Source: a virus (taxonomy: Duplodnaviria > Caudoviricetes). From it: a stretch of DNA of 64,000 nt. This document shows, in pieces, positions 53,798-64,000 of this stretch. Both the position numbers and the translations under genes were made by a program. A model generated the notes under the pieces. The model searched no databases. It worked only from the letters and a program-made list of their open reading frames with translations, and was not told where the DNA came from. Positions within the stretch are counted from its first letter, which is position 1. Each line of letters begins with the position of its first letter. The DNA is taken from the IMG/VR virus record IMGVR_UViG_3300047557_002530; one strand, written 5' to 3'.

Positions 53798-54592
53798 ATG
53801 TATTCTCCAAGAATATACACATATAAGATTACCTTTGAAGAAGTTCCTTATTACTATTATGGTAGTAAGAAAGAAAAGTATTTTGATGAAGAGTATTGGG
53901 GTTCTCCTATAACAAACAAATGGTGTTGGGAACTTTATACTCCAAAGAAGCAGATACTAGAAATATTTGATTATACTGATGAAGGATATATAAAAGCACA
54001 AGAAGTTGAAAAAAGATTAATTAGACCAGTTCTCAATGACTTTTGGTGTTTGAATGAAAATGTTGGTGGAATAATTTCAATAAGACTATGTAAGGAAGGT
54101 GGTAAAAAGGGTTATGAGCAAGGTATTTTAAAGTCAAAACATTTGTTAAGTGATTATGGGAAAAAAGGTGGAAAAATCGCAGGAGAAAAGAACAAACAAA
54201 ATAAAATAGGAATATGTGGATTAAGTTATGAGGAAAGGTCTTCTTACGGAAAAAAGTTAAAAGAAAATAAGATAGGAATTCATAATTTATCTTCAAAAGA
54301 ATTATCAAGTGCAGGAAAAAAAGGATATAAAAACGGTTTAAGTAAATTGAGTAAAGAAGAGAGAATAGAGAAAATAAAAAAAGCACATTTGAAAAATCAT
54401 AAGTTTATATTTACTTTAATATCTCCTACTAGTGAAGTCATTGAAACAATATATTTGTCGGATATTTGTAAAAAATTTAATTTAGACAGAGATTGTATGT
54501 GCAGAGTTTCTAGAGGAGAAAGACCTCAACATAAAGGATGGAAAGTAACCAGAAAATTAAAAGATGCCAACAAATATGCACAAACCCCATAA
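53798..54592 (+). CDS. GIY-YIG-like (Seg-type) homing endonuclease
   Basis: IYTYKITF...YYYYGSK, Y.GS, E and N-E-N motifs; GKKGG repeats; C-terminal VSRGERPQHKGW. Confidence 0.8.
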   Translation: MYSPRIYTYKITFEEVPYYYYGSKKEKYFDEEYWGSPITNKWCWELYTPKKQILEIFDYTDEGYIKAQEVEKRLIRPVLNDFWCLNENVGGIISIRLCKEGGKKGYEQGILKSKHLLSDYGKKGGKIAGEKNKQNKIGICGLSYEERSSYGKKLKENKIGIHNLSSKELSSAGKKGYKNGLSKLSKEERIEKIKKAHLKNHKFIFTLISPTSEVIETIYLSDICKKFNLDRDCMCRVSRGERPQHKGWKVTRKLKDANKYAQTP

Positions 54593-54614
54593 ATACTCAA
54601 AATCATTGAAAATT

Positions 54615-54818
54615 ATGACTGAACAACAACAACATTTATCTCAAGCACTTGAACAACAAAAAGACGTTGTTAATGACATCAACAATCTTACAAATCAACT
54701 AACAGTTAAAAAAGAACTTGCTCTTAAACTTCAAGGTATTATTGAATATCTAGATCAGATTGGAGTGACACTTCCTGATGGGGAAGAAGAAGAGGAAACA
54801 GAAGAACAAAGTGCTTGA
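54615..54818 (+). CDS. coiled-coil hypothetical protein
   Basis: MTEQQQHLSQAL...LKLQGIIEYL. Confidence 0.7.
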   Translation: MTEQQQHLSQALEQQKDVVNDINNLTNQLTVKKELALKLQGIIEYLDQIGVTLPDGEEEEETEEQSA

Positions 54819-54847
54819 CATTCGACTAAATTATGTTATAATATAAG

Positions 54848-54912
54848 AGCGATACAATTCGCAGTGACCCAAAAAGTGTGACTTCAGAACCCTCTTTTAG
54901 AGGGTTTTGTTG
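54848..54912 (+). ncRNA. candidate ~65-nt small RNA
   Basis: TTGACA(54815) and extended -10 TGnTATAAT(54837) followed by an ORF-free stretch ending in AACCCTC-TTTT-AGAGGGTT-T tract. Confidence 0.5.
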
Positions 54913-54974
54913 TATGTAAATACCAATAATAGATGGTGATAAATAATCTATAACGGAACTTATAAAAAAATAAA

Positions 54975-57900
54975 ATGGGATTAAGTCGTCTTGATAATTT
55001 TCTCAAAAACACCCGAGGGGAAATTTTATATGTAGATCCTTCAAATGCTGACTCTACAGATTCTGTAGAAAATCGTGGAAATAGTTTAACAAGGCCATTT
55101 TCCACAATTCAGCGTGCTTTAATTGAAGCATCAAGGTTCTCCTACCAGCGTGGTTTGGATAATGATAGATTTGGTAAGACTACCATTATGCTCTATCCAG
55201 GAGAGCACATCGTTGATAACCGTCCTGGATGGATTCCACTAAGTCCAAATGGTGGAACATTCCAGACAAGATCTGGGGAGATCGCAACAGACTTCCAACC
55301 ATTTGACTTAACAACAAACTTTGATATCAACTCAGATAGCAATATCCTTTATAAGTTCAATAGCATTAGTGGGGGTGTTATTCTTCCTCGCGGTACTTCT
55401 CTTGTTGGTCTTGATCTAAGAAAGACAAAGATTCGTCCTAAGTATATTCCAGATCCACAGAATACGAATATTGAAAGAGCAGCAATCTTTAGACTGACTG
55501 GTATTTGCTATCTCTGGCAGTTTAGTGTTCTTGATGCAGATCCAAATGGTTCTTGCTATAAAGATTATACCTCAAACTCATACGTTCCCAACTTCTCCCA
55601 CCATAAACTCACTGCATTTGAATATGCAGATGGTGTGAATAATATCAATATTAATGATGCCTTCCTAACATACTCTTCAAATAAAACTGATCTTGATGCA
55701 TACTATGAGAAGATTGGTATTGCATATGGTCCTTCGAGTGGCAGAGAGATTCCACCTGAAACCACTGGTTCACCACTTGATATTCAACCAAAGATTGATG
55801 AATTTCGTATCGTTGGTTCAAAGGGAGGTAATGTTGGAATCACAAGTATCAAGGCAGGTGATGGTGTAGTATCAACCAATGTTATTACAGTTACACTAGA
55901 ACCAAATGAACTTGGATTAGATGTAGATACACCAATTCGTATTGAAGGTATTAACTCTACAGGTTATGATGGACAGTTTGTTGTCAGTGAAGTTTTAAGT
56001 TCTACTCAAATTAAGTATCAAGTATCAAACCCACCAGTTACTGCACTTCCTGCGGTAACTGGATCAACTCTGAATATTACTGTTGATACTGTTACATCAG
56101 CATCTCCATATGTCTTTAATATTTCATTGCGTTCTGTTTATGGAATGTGTGGTCTTCATGCTGATGGAAATAAGGCAGATGGATTTAAGTCAATGGTCGT
56201 GGCACAGTTCACGGGTATTGGACTTCAAAAGGACGATAATGCATTTGTAAAGTATAATACAACATCTGGTCTTTATGAAGATAATACTGTAAGTGGTAAT
56301 GAGAATATTCATACAGACTCTAGAGCAAGATTTAAACCAGAGTATGAAAACTATCACATTAAGTGTTCAAATGACTCATTTATCCAGGTAGTTTCTGTTT
56401 TTGCGATTGGTTTTGCACTTCACTTTGTTACCGAAAGTGGCGGTGACCTATCAATCACAAACTCCAACTCAAACTTTGGCGCAAAGTCTCTAGCATCTTC
56501 TGGATTTAGAATCGATTCCTATCCAAGAGATGATGTTGGTTACATTACACATATCATCCCACCAAAAGAGTTTGAACCCACAGAAACTGCTCTTGAATTT
56601 TCTTCAATTGATGTAGCAAAAACAGTTGGTATTGCGTCTACTAATAGACTTTATCTTTATAATGAAATCAACCCATCTATTCCTCCTGATAATGTCATTG
56701 AGGGATATCGTATTGGTGCAAAAACAAATGACCAACTGAATGTTCTTCTGTCGCAAGCAGGAGTTACAACACAGTACTCGGCAAGAATCATTATGCCAAG
56801 TACTCAATATAGTGGAAATGAAATATCTTCTGAGAAATCGTATCGCGTTAATATTAGCGGCAGTTCTAATGATATTTCAAGCAATATTATTACTCTAACG
56901 ACAACTCATTCACTCATCAATGGTGAGACTGTAAGAGTAATTAGTAGCAACGGACAACTCCCAGATGGTCTATCTGCAAATCAAGTGTATTATGCAATTA
57001 CTAGTGGACTATCTGCAAACCAGTTGAAGTTAGCACAAACATTAAATGATGCTTTGGATGCTTCTGCAATTACAATTAATAATAAGGGTGGTATTCTCAC
57101 AGTCATAAGTAGAGTATCTGACAAGAATTCTGGTGATATTGGACATCCTATTCAATATGACACCACCCAAAATCAATGGTATGTTAATGTTGGAACAGCA
57201 GCAACAGATAATAGCATTTATTCCACATTAGTTGGTCTGGGTACTGCAGGTCTTGGTGCTGCAACCCCAAGAACATTTATTGTTCGTAAATCAGATACGA
57301 GACCACTAAACGATTCTATTTACAGAGTTCGTTATGTAATTCCAAAGGATGCTGCAACAACTGCAAGACCACCATCAGATGGATTTATTCTTCAGGAGTC
57401 TAGTTCTACTTTAGGATCTACAAATACTGAAATCGCATATCAATTTAATCCATCACCCGTTACAATTGCAAATGTAACAAATCTAAGAAATCAAAGAATC
57501 ATTGCAAATGCAACTTGGGATGGTAGCAATGTTAATGTTATTACTGAACTTCCTCATGATTTGAGTGTTGGTTCTCAGGTTAAGATTGTGAACGTAACCA
57601 GCACAGCAAATCTTGCTGGTGTTGCTAATTCTGCATATAATGGAACGTTTACAGTTGCTGGAATCAGTAGTTCTAAGCACTTTAGTTATGCTCTTACTTC
57701 TAATCCTGGATCATTTACTAATAATATTTCTGATCGTACCACATCTCTTCCATACTTCCAGAGAAAGAGATACAATAATACGTATTTGATTTACAGAACA
57801 CAAGAAGTCAAGAAGTATATTAAGAACGAGCAAGATGGAATTTATCATCTAACACTAGTTAACTCTTCCAACTCACCTAATGTATCCCCATTTACTAATT

Positions 57901-60431
57901 TAAAATTTATTCAGCCAGTTGTAAATCTATATCCACAATTAAATAGGGATAATCTTGTTTCTGATCCAGATCAATCTGCAAGTTATGCTCTTCCAGAACC
58001 AATCGGTCAAGTTGTTATTGATGAACCACAGAATAGTCTCACGAAAGAAACTATTCAAAAAGCGATTGGAGACTTTAACGTTGGGTTTGGTATTACAAAC
58101 GTAGTATCAAATGCTACAGGAACCGCTCACACAATTTTCTCCGAAATCGATCACGGTCTGAATAGAGCAACTGGTCTGAGTATTGTTACTGGTGGTTCCG
58201 GTTATGGGGTTGGAGTTGGTACAGAATACTATTATAATGTAAAACTTGTGGGCGAACCTGGAACAGGTCAGAATGCAACTGCAAGAATTAAAGTTGACTC
58301 TGGTGTTATCACTGGCGTCAAGATTATGGATGGTGGTAGTGCATTTGGTATAGGAAATACACTTGCTGTTGTTGGTGTTGCAACCACTACAGGATATTCT
58401 GTTGGTGTTGTGAGTGTAACATCAATTTATAGTAACACCGATGAGATTATCAAGATTAGTGGAATTTCTTCTCTTGGATATAGGAGTTACAATACTCTTT
58501 ATCGTATTACTGGTGTTACCGCAGGAAACACAAAACAAGTCGAAGTTGCTCCTATTTCTACAGTAAGTCCAGAAGCACAATCTGGTTTGGGGGCATTAAT
58601 TACTTCAGACGCTACTGGTTCTCTGATTGGTAAAGCAATTGGTGTTTCTTCGCTTACTTATAATGCAACAACTGGAATTGGAATTGTTACTACATCTAAT
58701 AATCACGGATTCCAAGTCAATAATGTTATTTCTTTAGGTGGTGCTACAAATTCACTTTACAATGGATCATTCATTGTAAAGCAAGTTAATAGTCTTACTT
58801 CATTCTCTATTAATGTTGGAGTTGGTACAACAGCACCAGTTGGATCTGGTGCAATCTATGCTTATAGAAGAGGAGTTGCTGCGAATGCAGGAACAATATC
58901 AGTCGAGAATGAAAATATTGGTGGACGTTTAGTTACTAAGTATGATAATGTAACAACTAATCTTTCCGCTGCTGTTACTGGTCCTACTGTAGGAACCATT
59001 ACAATTCCAGTATCTGGTCTAGATCTGAATGTTGGAGATTATCTTGAGATTGATGATGAGATTGTAAGAATTAAAACAACTGTCAGTAGTGATGTAGTCT
59101 CTGTTTATAGGGGTGTTCTTGGAACTCCAAGTGCCTCACATCTATCTGGCGCAACAGTTAGAAGAATTAAACCACTTCCTGTTGAACTAAGAAGACACTC
59201 AATCATTCGTGCTTCAGGACACACATTTGAGTATGTCGGTTATGGACCTGGTAACTACTCAACTGCATTCCCAGATCGTCAGGATCGTCAGATTTCTGCA
59301 CAAGAAGAACTGATTTCTCAATCATTTAAGTCTGATGGTGGTATCAACTTCTTCACTGGAATGAATGATAAAGGTATCTCATATTCTGGTAATAAGAAGT
59401 TAAGTACGATTACCGGACAAGAAGAAATCTTTGACACTCCAATTCAAACAGTAACTGGAGAAGACATTACAAGTCAGGCTTCTATCAACGTTATTAATCC
59501 AGTAGAGGGTAACTTCAGCAACTCAATCCGTGTTGAAGGTGGTCCAAACAATAAGGTTGTTTCTAAGTTTGATGGTCCAGTAGTCTTTACAAATAAGGTT
59601 ACTTCAACCTCATCAAAAGGAATGGAGGCAACTTCGCTCTTCTTACAGGGCGATGCAACTATTTCCAGAAAGTACACTGTTGGTATTTCAACTCCAACAA
59701 ATGCGGGTAACCCAGGAGATGTTGTTTATCAAGCAACACCAGAAAGTGGGGGAACTGCTGGATGGATTTATACTGCAGATAATAACTGGAGAAGATTTGG
59801 TCCAGTAAGCACTTCAACTACTAGTGTCAATCTAACAGTAAATCAAGTCACATCCAACTCATTTATTGGAACATTTAGCGGTGATGGTTCTGGTCTGACT
59901 AATGTTTCTGACATTTGGAGAACTGATCCTGTTGGCGTCCACACGTCAACTCCGATTGGTATTGGCACTACTGGCGCAAAAGCAGGATTTGGTCTATACG
60001 TTGAAGGAAGCACTTCAATTAATGGTACACTGAGAGTTTATGAAATTATTGAAACTGCTACGATTAGTGCTGGTATTTTAACCGCAACCACAGTTCAGAA
60101 TATTGATCTGGGTGATAATAATGTTTATTACTTTACTTCAGCGGCACAAGGTAACTGGACTCTGAACTTTAGAAGTAATGCATCACAAACCCTAAATGAC
60201 TTTTTGAATGTTGGCGAATCAATGACCGTTGCAGTAATGACAACTCAAGGTGCAACTCCATATTACAATAACATTGTTCAAATTGATGGGGCAACTCAGA
60301 CAGTTAAATATTATGGTGGTGTCCCAATTACTTCGGGCAATGCAAACGGAATTGACTTGTATACCTACGTAATTATTAAGACTGCGGCAAATACATACAC
60401 CGTTCTTTATTCACAATCTCAATACAGTTGA
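54975..60431 (+). CDS. large virion structural protein (1818 aa)
   Basis: MGLSRLDNFLKN start, beta-rich repeats, fibre-like C-terminal domain. Confidence 0.8.
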   Translation: MGLSRLDNFLKNTRGEILYVDPSNADSTDSVENRGNSLTRPFSTIQRALIEASRFSYQRGLDNDRFGKTTIMLYPGEHIVDNRPGWIPLSPNGGTFQTRSGEIATDFQPFDLTTNFDINSDSNILYKFNSISGGVILPRGTSLVGLDLRKTKIRPKYIPDPQNTNIERAAIFRLTGICYLWQFSVLDADPNGSCYKDYTSNSYVPNFSHHKLTAFEYADGVNNININDAFLTYSSNKTDLDAYYEKIGIAYGPSSGREIPPETTGSPLDIQPKIDEFRIVGSKGGNVGITSIKAGDGVVSTNVITVTLEPNELGLDVDTPIRIEGINSTGYDGQFVVSEVLSSTQIKYQVSNPPVTALPAVTGSTLNITVDTVTSASPYVFNISLRSVYGMCGLHADGNKADGFKSMVVAQFTGIGLQKDDNAFVKYNTTSGLYEDNTVSGNENIHTDSRARFKPEYENYHIKCSNDSFIQVVSVFAIGFALHFVTESGGDLSITNSNSNFGAKSLASSGFRIDSYPRDDVGYITHIIPPKEFEPTETALEFSSIDVAKTVGIASTNRLYLYNEINPSIPPDNVIEGYRIGAKTNDQLNVLLSQAGVTTQYSARIIMPSTQYSGNEISSEKSYRVNISGSSNDISSNIITLTTTHSLINGETVRVISSNGQLPDGLSANQVYYAITSGLSANQLKLAQTLNDALDASAITINNKGGILTVISRVSDKNSGDIGHPIQYDTTQNQWYVNVGTAATDNSIYSTLVGLGTAGLGAATPRTFIVRKSDTRPLNDSIYRVRYVIPKDAATTARPPSDGFILQESSSTLGSTNTEIAYQFNPSPVTIANVTNLRNQRIIANATWDGSNVNVITELPHDLSVGSQVKIVNVTSTANLAGVANSAYNGTFTVAGISSSKHFSYALTSNPGSFTNNISDRTTSLPYFQRKRYNNTYLIYRTQEVKKYIKNEQDGIYHLTLVNSSNSPNVSPFTNLKFIQPVVNLYPQLNRDNLVSDPDQSASYALPEPIGQVVIDEPQNSLTKETIQKAIGDFNVGFGITNVVSNATGTAHTIFSEIDHGLNRATGLSIVTGGSGYGVGVGTEYYYNVKLVGEPGTGQNATARIKVDSGVITGVKIMDGGSAFGIGNTLAVVGVATTTGYSVGVVSVTSIYSNTDEIIKISGISSLGYRSYNTLYRITGVTAGNTKQVEVAPISTVSPEAQSGLGALITSDATGSLIGKAIGVSSLTYNATTGIGIVTTSNNHGFQVNNVISLGGATNSLYNGSFIVKQVNSLTSFSINVGVGTTAPVGSGAIYAYRRGVAANAGTISVENENIGGRLVTKYDNVTTNLSAAVTGPTVGTITIPVSGLDLNVGDYLEIDDEIVRIKTTVSSDVVSVYRGVLGTPSASHLSGATVRRIKPLPVELRRHSIIRASGHTFEYVGYGPGNYSTAFPDRQDRQISAQEELISQSFKSDGGINFFTGMNDKGISYSGNKKLSTITGQEEIFDTPIQTVTGEDITSQASINVINPVEGNFSNSIRVEGGPNNKVVSKFDGPVVFTNKVTSTSSKGMEATSLFLQGDATISRKYTVGISTPTNAGNPGDVVYQATPESGGTAGWIYTADNNWRRFGPVSTSTTSVNLTVNQVTSNSFIGTFSGDGSGLTNVSDIWRTDPVGVHTSTPIGIGTTGAKAGFGLYVEGSTSINGTLRVYEIIETATISAGILTATTVQNIDLGDNNVYYFTSAAQGNWTLNFRSNASQTLNDFLNVGESMTVAVMTTQGATPYYNNIVQIDGATQTVKYYGGVPITSGNANGIDLYTYVIIKTAANTYTVLYSQSQYS

Positions 60432-60442
60432 GGAGAAAATAA

Positions 60443-63400
60443 ATGAGTCCACTTCTAGGTGCTTTAGGCGATTCATCGGAATATGCCTATAGAGGAACAC
60501 TTGATGATGTACCTGCTGATTTTAACTTTACGGATGTAACTAATGCAGAACCTGGAACTGCACACACAACAGGACCAGTTACAATCACTGGTCTTAATAA
60601 TAAGGTCAGAGTTTCAGTGAGTGCAGGTGCATCAATTGCTGTTAATAGTGGCATCTTTACAAGTGGACCTTCATTTGTAAGAAGTGGAGAAACAATTGCA
60701 CTTTACATTCCAACAACATCTGGAAATGATGTTGATTTTGGTAAAACATACTCAGTAACTGCAACTGTAGGAAAAACTTCAAAAGTTTGGACAGTAAAGA
60801 CAAGAGATAAGGATTCTTTACCTGATGCATTTTCTTTTACAAATTCTACAAATCAAGAACTTGGTATTACTTCAACAAGTAACGCCATTACAGTTTCTGG
60901 TTTAGATTCCACAGTTTTTTCAAACGCATCAATTACTTCTGGTATTGGTTCATTTAGAAAAAATGGCGGTGTTCCAGGAACAGCAACAACTATTGGAAAT
61001 GGTGATACCATCGCAATTGTATTGCAAGGACCTACTGATTATTCAAAAACAAATACAACTGCAATTACTGTTGGTACTTATACAACAACATATTCTGTTT
61101 CTACAAGACCAGCAGATACAACCGTAAATCAATTTGTGTTTAATAACTATACAAATGTTGCCATATCATCAGCATTCGATAGCAACTCGATTACATTGAG
61201 TGGAGCAGACCCTGATACTTTCCTTGCACCTGTTCCTTTAACTGCGACAGTCTCTGGTGGATTTTTAAGAGTTGTAAGAGGTTCTAGCACTGTAAGAGAC
61301 TTTAGTGCCGACTCTACAACAGTCTATAATGGAGATATTCTCACTTTAAAGGTTAATTCTTCTGCAAGTTATAGCACAACAACAAGTGCAACATTAAGAG
61401 TCACTGGAGCAAATGATGCTGTCGGTATTTCGAGTACCTTTAGTGTCACCACAAGACCTATTGTAAGTGATACTATTGTTAATCAATTTCAGTTAGTTGA
61501 TAAATCCGGACAAGGAAGAAACATTGCAGTAATCAGTGATCCAATTACTATTTCTGGTATTACAACTCACGCTGATGATTCTGCATTTGTTTTTCTTACA
61601 AATAATAATGATGGTGCTCAGTTTAGAATCAGAAGAAATGGTGTAGTAGTTAGAGATTTTAGTTCAAGTGATGGTAGTGTTCGTAATGGTGATGTTGTCG
61701 ATGTAAGAATTACAACATCACCTGCATCAGAAGGCACTGTTCTTACTAATGTTAATATTGCAGGTACAGATAATAGTGATATTAATAATATTATACAGCA
61801 AACAAGAAGTGATACTTGGGTTGTCCAAAGTGCTAGAAGAAATTGTCCCCTAGTTGCTCCAACTTTAAATAGTATCACTGGTATCGAACCATCATCATTG
61901 CAATCAGTTACCTTTATTCCAACAAGTTATGATAGTGATTGTAATGTAGTTGTTAATACATCAAATGCGAACTCATATCTTAGTGTCAATGGAACGACCG
62001 GTAATAATCTTGTAGTTCTCCCTGGTGTTGCTTGTACTGTTTTTATGACAGCAGGTACGTTTTCTGAAACAAGAACAACTACTGTCACATTAACTGCAAA
62101 TAATAATGTCCCAACTCCAACATCAACATCAACAACTTGGTCAATTACTCCCAGAAGTATTACCAATCCAACAGTAACACTTACCGCAAGTCCGGCAAGT
62201 GTTACTTGTAATCAAAATACTACACTTATTTGGTCTTCTACTGGCGCAACTAAAATTACAACAAATGGATTCGTTGGAGTTACTACTTCCGGTTCATTAT
62301 CTGTTGGGCCACTAAAAGTAAATACAACATACTCTATTACTGCAACTGGAACTGATAACACGACGACAACAGCATCTGCAACAGTTTTAGTAAATACAAC
62401 AGCTACTGCAACATTACAAGCAAGTTCAACTAACATTTCATATAATGGTAGTGTGACATTAACTTGGTCAACTTCAAATGCAAGTAGTGTAGTTTCTAAT
62501 TTTGGTGCAACCGCATCTTCAGGTTCTATTACAATAAACAATTTAAAATCATCTCAAACTTATACACTTCGCGCAATATCTAATGGTGGTTGTGCGGATT
62601 CTCCAACTCAAAGTGTAACGATTAATGTTGCTGCTTGCGCTGAAGACATACAAAATGATACGGATTATCCTGGTATTAATTTGAGATATACTTATGCAGA
62701 TCCTGGAAATGGATTTAATTATTATTTTTCTGGATTGAGTGGTAGTGGAACTGGCAATGCTTCTAGAACTGCAAGAAGTGATACTGGCGATTTTTATGCT
62801 AGTGGAAATACTCCTGGATATGCTTATCAATGCTATTCCCAAAATCCATATAATGATAACTCTCCGGATTACGGTGAATGGACGGTCCCCCAAGGCGTAA
62901 GTTCAGTTTTGATTTATGCATCTGCCGGAGGAGGAGGTGGTGGTGGAGGAGGACCTGTTTTACCTGGGGGTAGAGGTGGAAATGGATCATTAGCAATCTT
63001 TACATATCCTTGCAGTCCTGGGCAAAAGTTTTATTGGAATTTTGGTGCAGGTGGTGTTGGCGGTAATGCAATGTCATCCGGCAATACTCCAAATAATGGT
63101 GGTAGCGGATGTTATGCAGGACCTGGTTGGAACTGTTATGTTCGTAATAATGATGGACAACAACTTGCTGGATGTCAAGGAGGAGGCGGTGGAGGAAGAA
63201 ATATTAATGGTCCTACTTTTGGGGGCAGTGTAATATCAGGTGGTTCTTTTTATCCTGGCGGTGGATCAAACGGCGGTAACGGAGGTGAATTAAATTCTCC
63301 AGGAAGTCCCGGAAGTCCTGCTTATGTCTACTTCCAATACACTGTCAACATTGAAGGTGCTTCTTGGAGCACACTAATAAATGCAATTAATAATCAATAC

Positions 63401-63568
63401 AGAAGTTCTTTTGGTCGTCCACCATCAATAAGTGAAATGGACTATTGGATAGGACAATATATTTCTTATAATATAGATAGTGTTTCTCAAGTTCAATCCC
63501 TAATATCTACATCAGGCGCATACAGATCATCGACAGGTGCAGTAAGTGAATGCGGTAGAACGTTGTAA
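60443..63568 (+). CDS. tail-fibre/adhesin-like protein with Ig-like repeats and Gly-rich C-terminal module
   Basis: Repeated (F/V)TTR..D..V..F.F units, PKD-like TLTASP repeats, poly-G segments. Confidence 0.75.
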   Translation: MSPLLGALGDSSEYAYRGTLDDVPADFNFTDVTNAEPGTAHTTGPVTITGLNNKVRVSVSAGASIAVNSGIFTSGPSFVRSGETIALYIPTTSGNDVDFGKTYSVTATVGKTSKVWTVKTRDKDSLPDAFSFTNSTNQELGITSTSNAITVSGLDSTVFSNASITSGIGSFRKNGGVPGTATTIGNGDTIAIVLQGPTDYSKTNTTAITVGTYTTTYSVSTRPADTTVNQFVFNNYTNVAISSAFDSNSITLSGADPDTFLAPVPLTATVSGGFLRVVRGSSTVRDFSADSTTVYNGDILTLKVNSSASYSTTTSATLRVTGANDAVGISSTFSVTTRPIVSDTIVNQFQLVDKSGQGRNIAVISDPITISGITTHADDSAFVFLTNNNDGAQFRIRRNGVVVRDFSSSDGSVRNGDVVDVRITTSPASEGTVLTNVNIAGTDNSDINNIIQQTRSDTWVVQSARRNCPLVAPTLNSITGIEPSSLQSVTFIPTSYDSDCNVVVNTSNANSYLSVNGTTGNNLVVLPGVACTVFMTAGTFSETRTTTVTLTANNNVPTPTSTSTTWSITPRSITNPTVTLTASPASVTCNQNTTLIWSSTGATKITTNGFVGVTTSGSLSVGPLKVNTTYSITATGTDNTTTTASATVLVNTTATATLQASSTNISYNGSVTLTWSTSNASSVVSNFGATASSGSITINNLKSSQTYTLRAISNGGCADSPTQSVTINVAACAEDIQNDTDYPGINLRYTYADPGNGFNYYFSGLSGSGTGNASRTARSDTGDFYASGNTPGYAYQCYSQNPYNDNSPDYGEWTVPQGVSSVLIYASAGGGGGGGGGPVLPGGRGGNGSLAIFTYPCSPGQKFYWNFGAGGVGGNAMSSGNTPNNGGSGCYAGPGWNCYVRNNDGQQLAGCQGGGGGGRNINGPTFGGSVISGGSFYPGGGSNGGNGGELNSPGSPGSPAYVYFQYTVNIEGASWSTLINAINNQYRSSFGRPPSISEMDYWIGQYISYNIDSVSQVQSLISTSGAYRSSTGAVSECGRTL

Positions 63569-63605
63569 GAACCATAAATAAAGAAAAGGTAGGCGTTCTC
63601 CTCCA

Positions 63606-64000
63606 ATGGCAGTTCAAAAGAATTTCGTCATTCGCAATGGTCTGGAAGTAAATAACAATTTACTCGTCGCTGATAGTGCAACAGATTACGTTGGTATTGG
63701 TACATCAAGTCCGAAATACACCCTTGAAGTCATTGGTGGAATTGGTGTTACGTATGCGAATATTCTTGGTATCGCTACAGTAGGTCAAGAGTTTAATGTA
63801 GGAACTGGTGGTACTGTAATCACCTCATTAGACTCTGGACTTACCGGTTTTGGTACAGCAACGCCAGCATATATTGTTGACATACGATCTCCAGTCTCAA
63901 CAGGGCAAACTGCACTTTACGTTCAAGGTGATGTAAGAGTTACTGGAGACGTATACGCAGATGATATTTCACTGGACCAGGCAACTTTTAATAACATAGA
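63606..64000 (+). CDS. tail-fibre-like protein, 5' part (runs off the window)
   Basis: MAVQKNFVIRNGLEV...VGIGTSSPKYTLEVIGG; TAAATA at 63575. Confidence 0.8.
   Translation, partial: MAVQKNFVIRNGLEVNNNLLVADSATDYVGIGTSSPKYTLEVIGGIGVTYANILGIATVGQEFNVGTGGTVITSLDSGLTGFGTATPAYIVDIRSPVSTGQTALYVQGDVRVTGDVYADDISLDQATFNNI

Noticed and set aside
1-64000. Integrase, IS element or prophage boundaries
   Set aside because: No recombinase or transposase motifs and no host core genes; the whole window is consistent with a lytic T4-like phage.

Overview
64 kb of an AT-rich T4-like cyanophage (myovirus) genome. Left to right: tRNAs and a wcaG/manA-like structured RNA region; an ~11.5 kb sugar/LPS-type modification cluster (epimerases, methyltransferases, split transketolase, RfaE/HldE-like kinase and nucleotidyltransferase, glycosyltransferases); host-derived genes (Som-type porin, pstS, two hli, petF, peroxiredoxin, psbA, psbD, glutaredoxin, speD, glutamine riboswitch plus DUF4278, thyX, phoH, cp12); a C39-peptidase/lysozyme pair; T4 core genes 33, 59, 32, 53, 48, 2, 4, 54, 26, 51; tape-measure-like, hub and tail-fibre genes. 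Seven free-standing homing endonuclease genes (HEGs) and one nuclease-less remnant are scattered through it. Most notable: (1) an A_AAA_AAG -1 frameshift site with a 10-bp stem 7 nt downstream that would fuse the C39 peptidase to the lysozyme; (2) psbD flanked by a HEG on each side, with both ends recoded and the apparent old 5' and 3' ends left behind as scars; (3) a T_TTT_TTC -1 site joining gp26 to gp51, resembling lambda G/GT tail chaperones; (4) a modular ncRNA apparently split by an ORF and a HEG; (5) two tRNAs whose architecture does not match their anticodon. All family assignments come from motif recognition by eye; no database searches were run.
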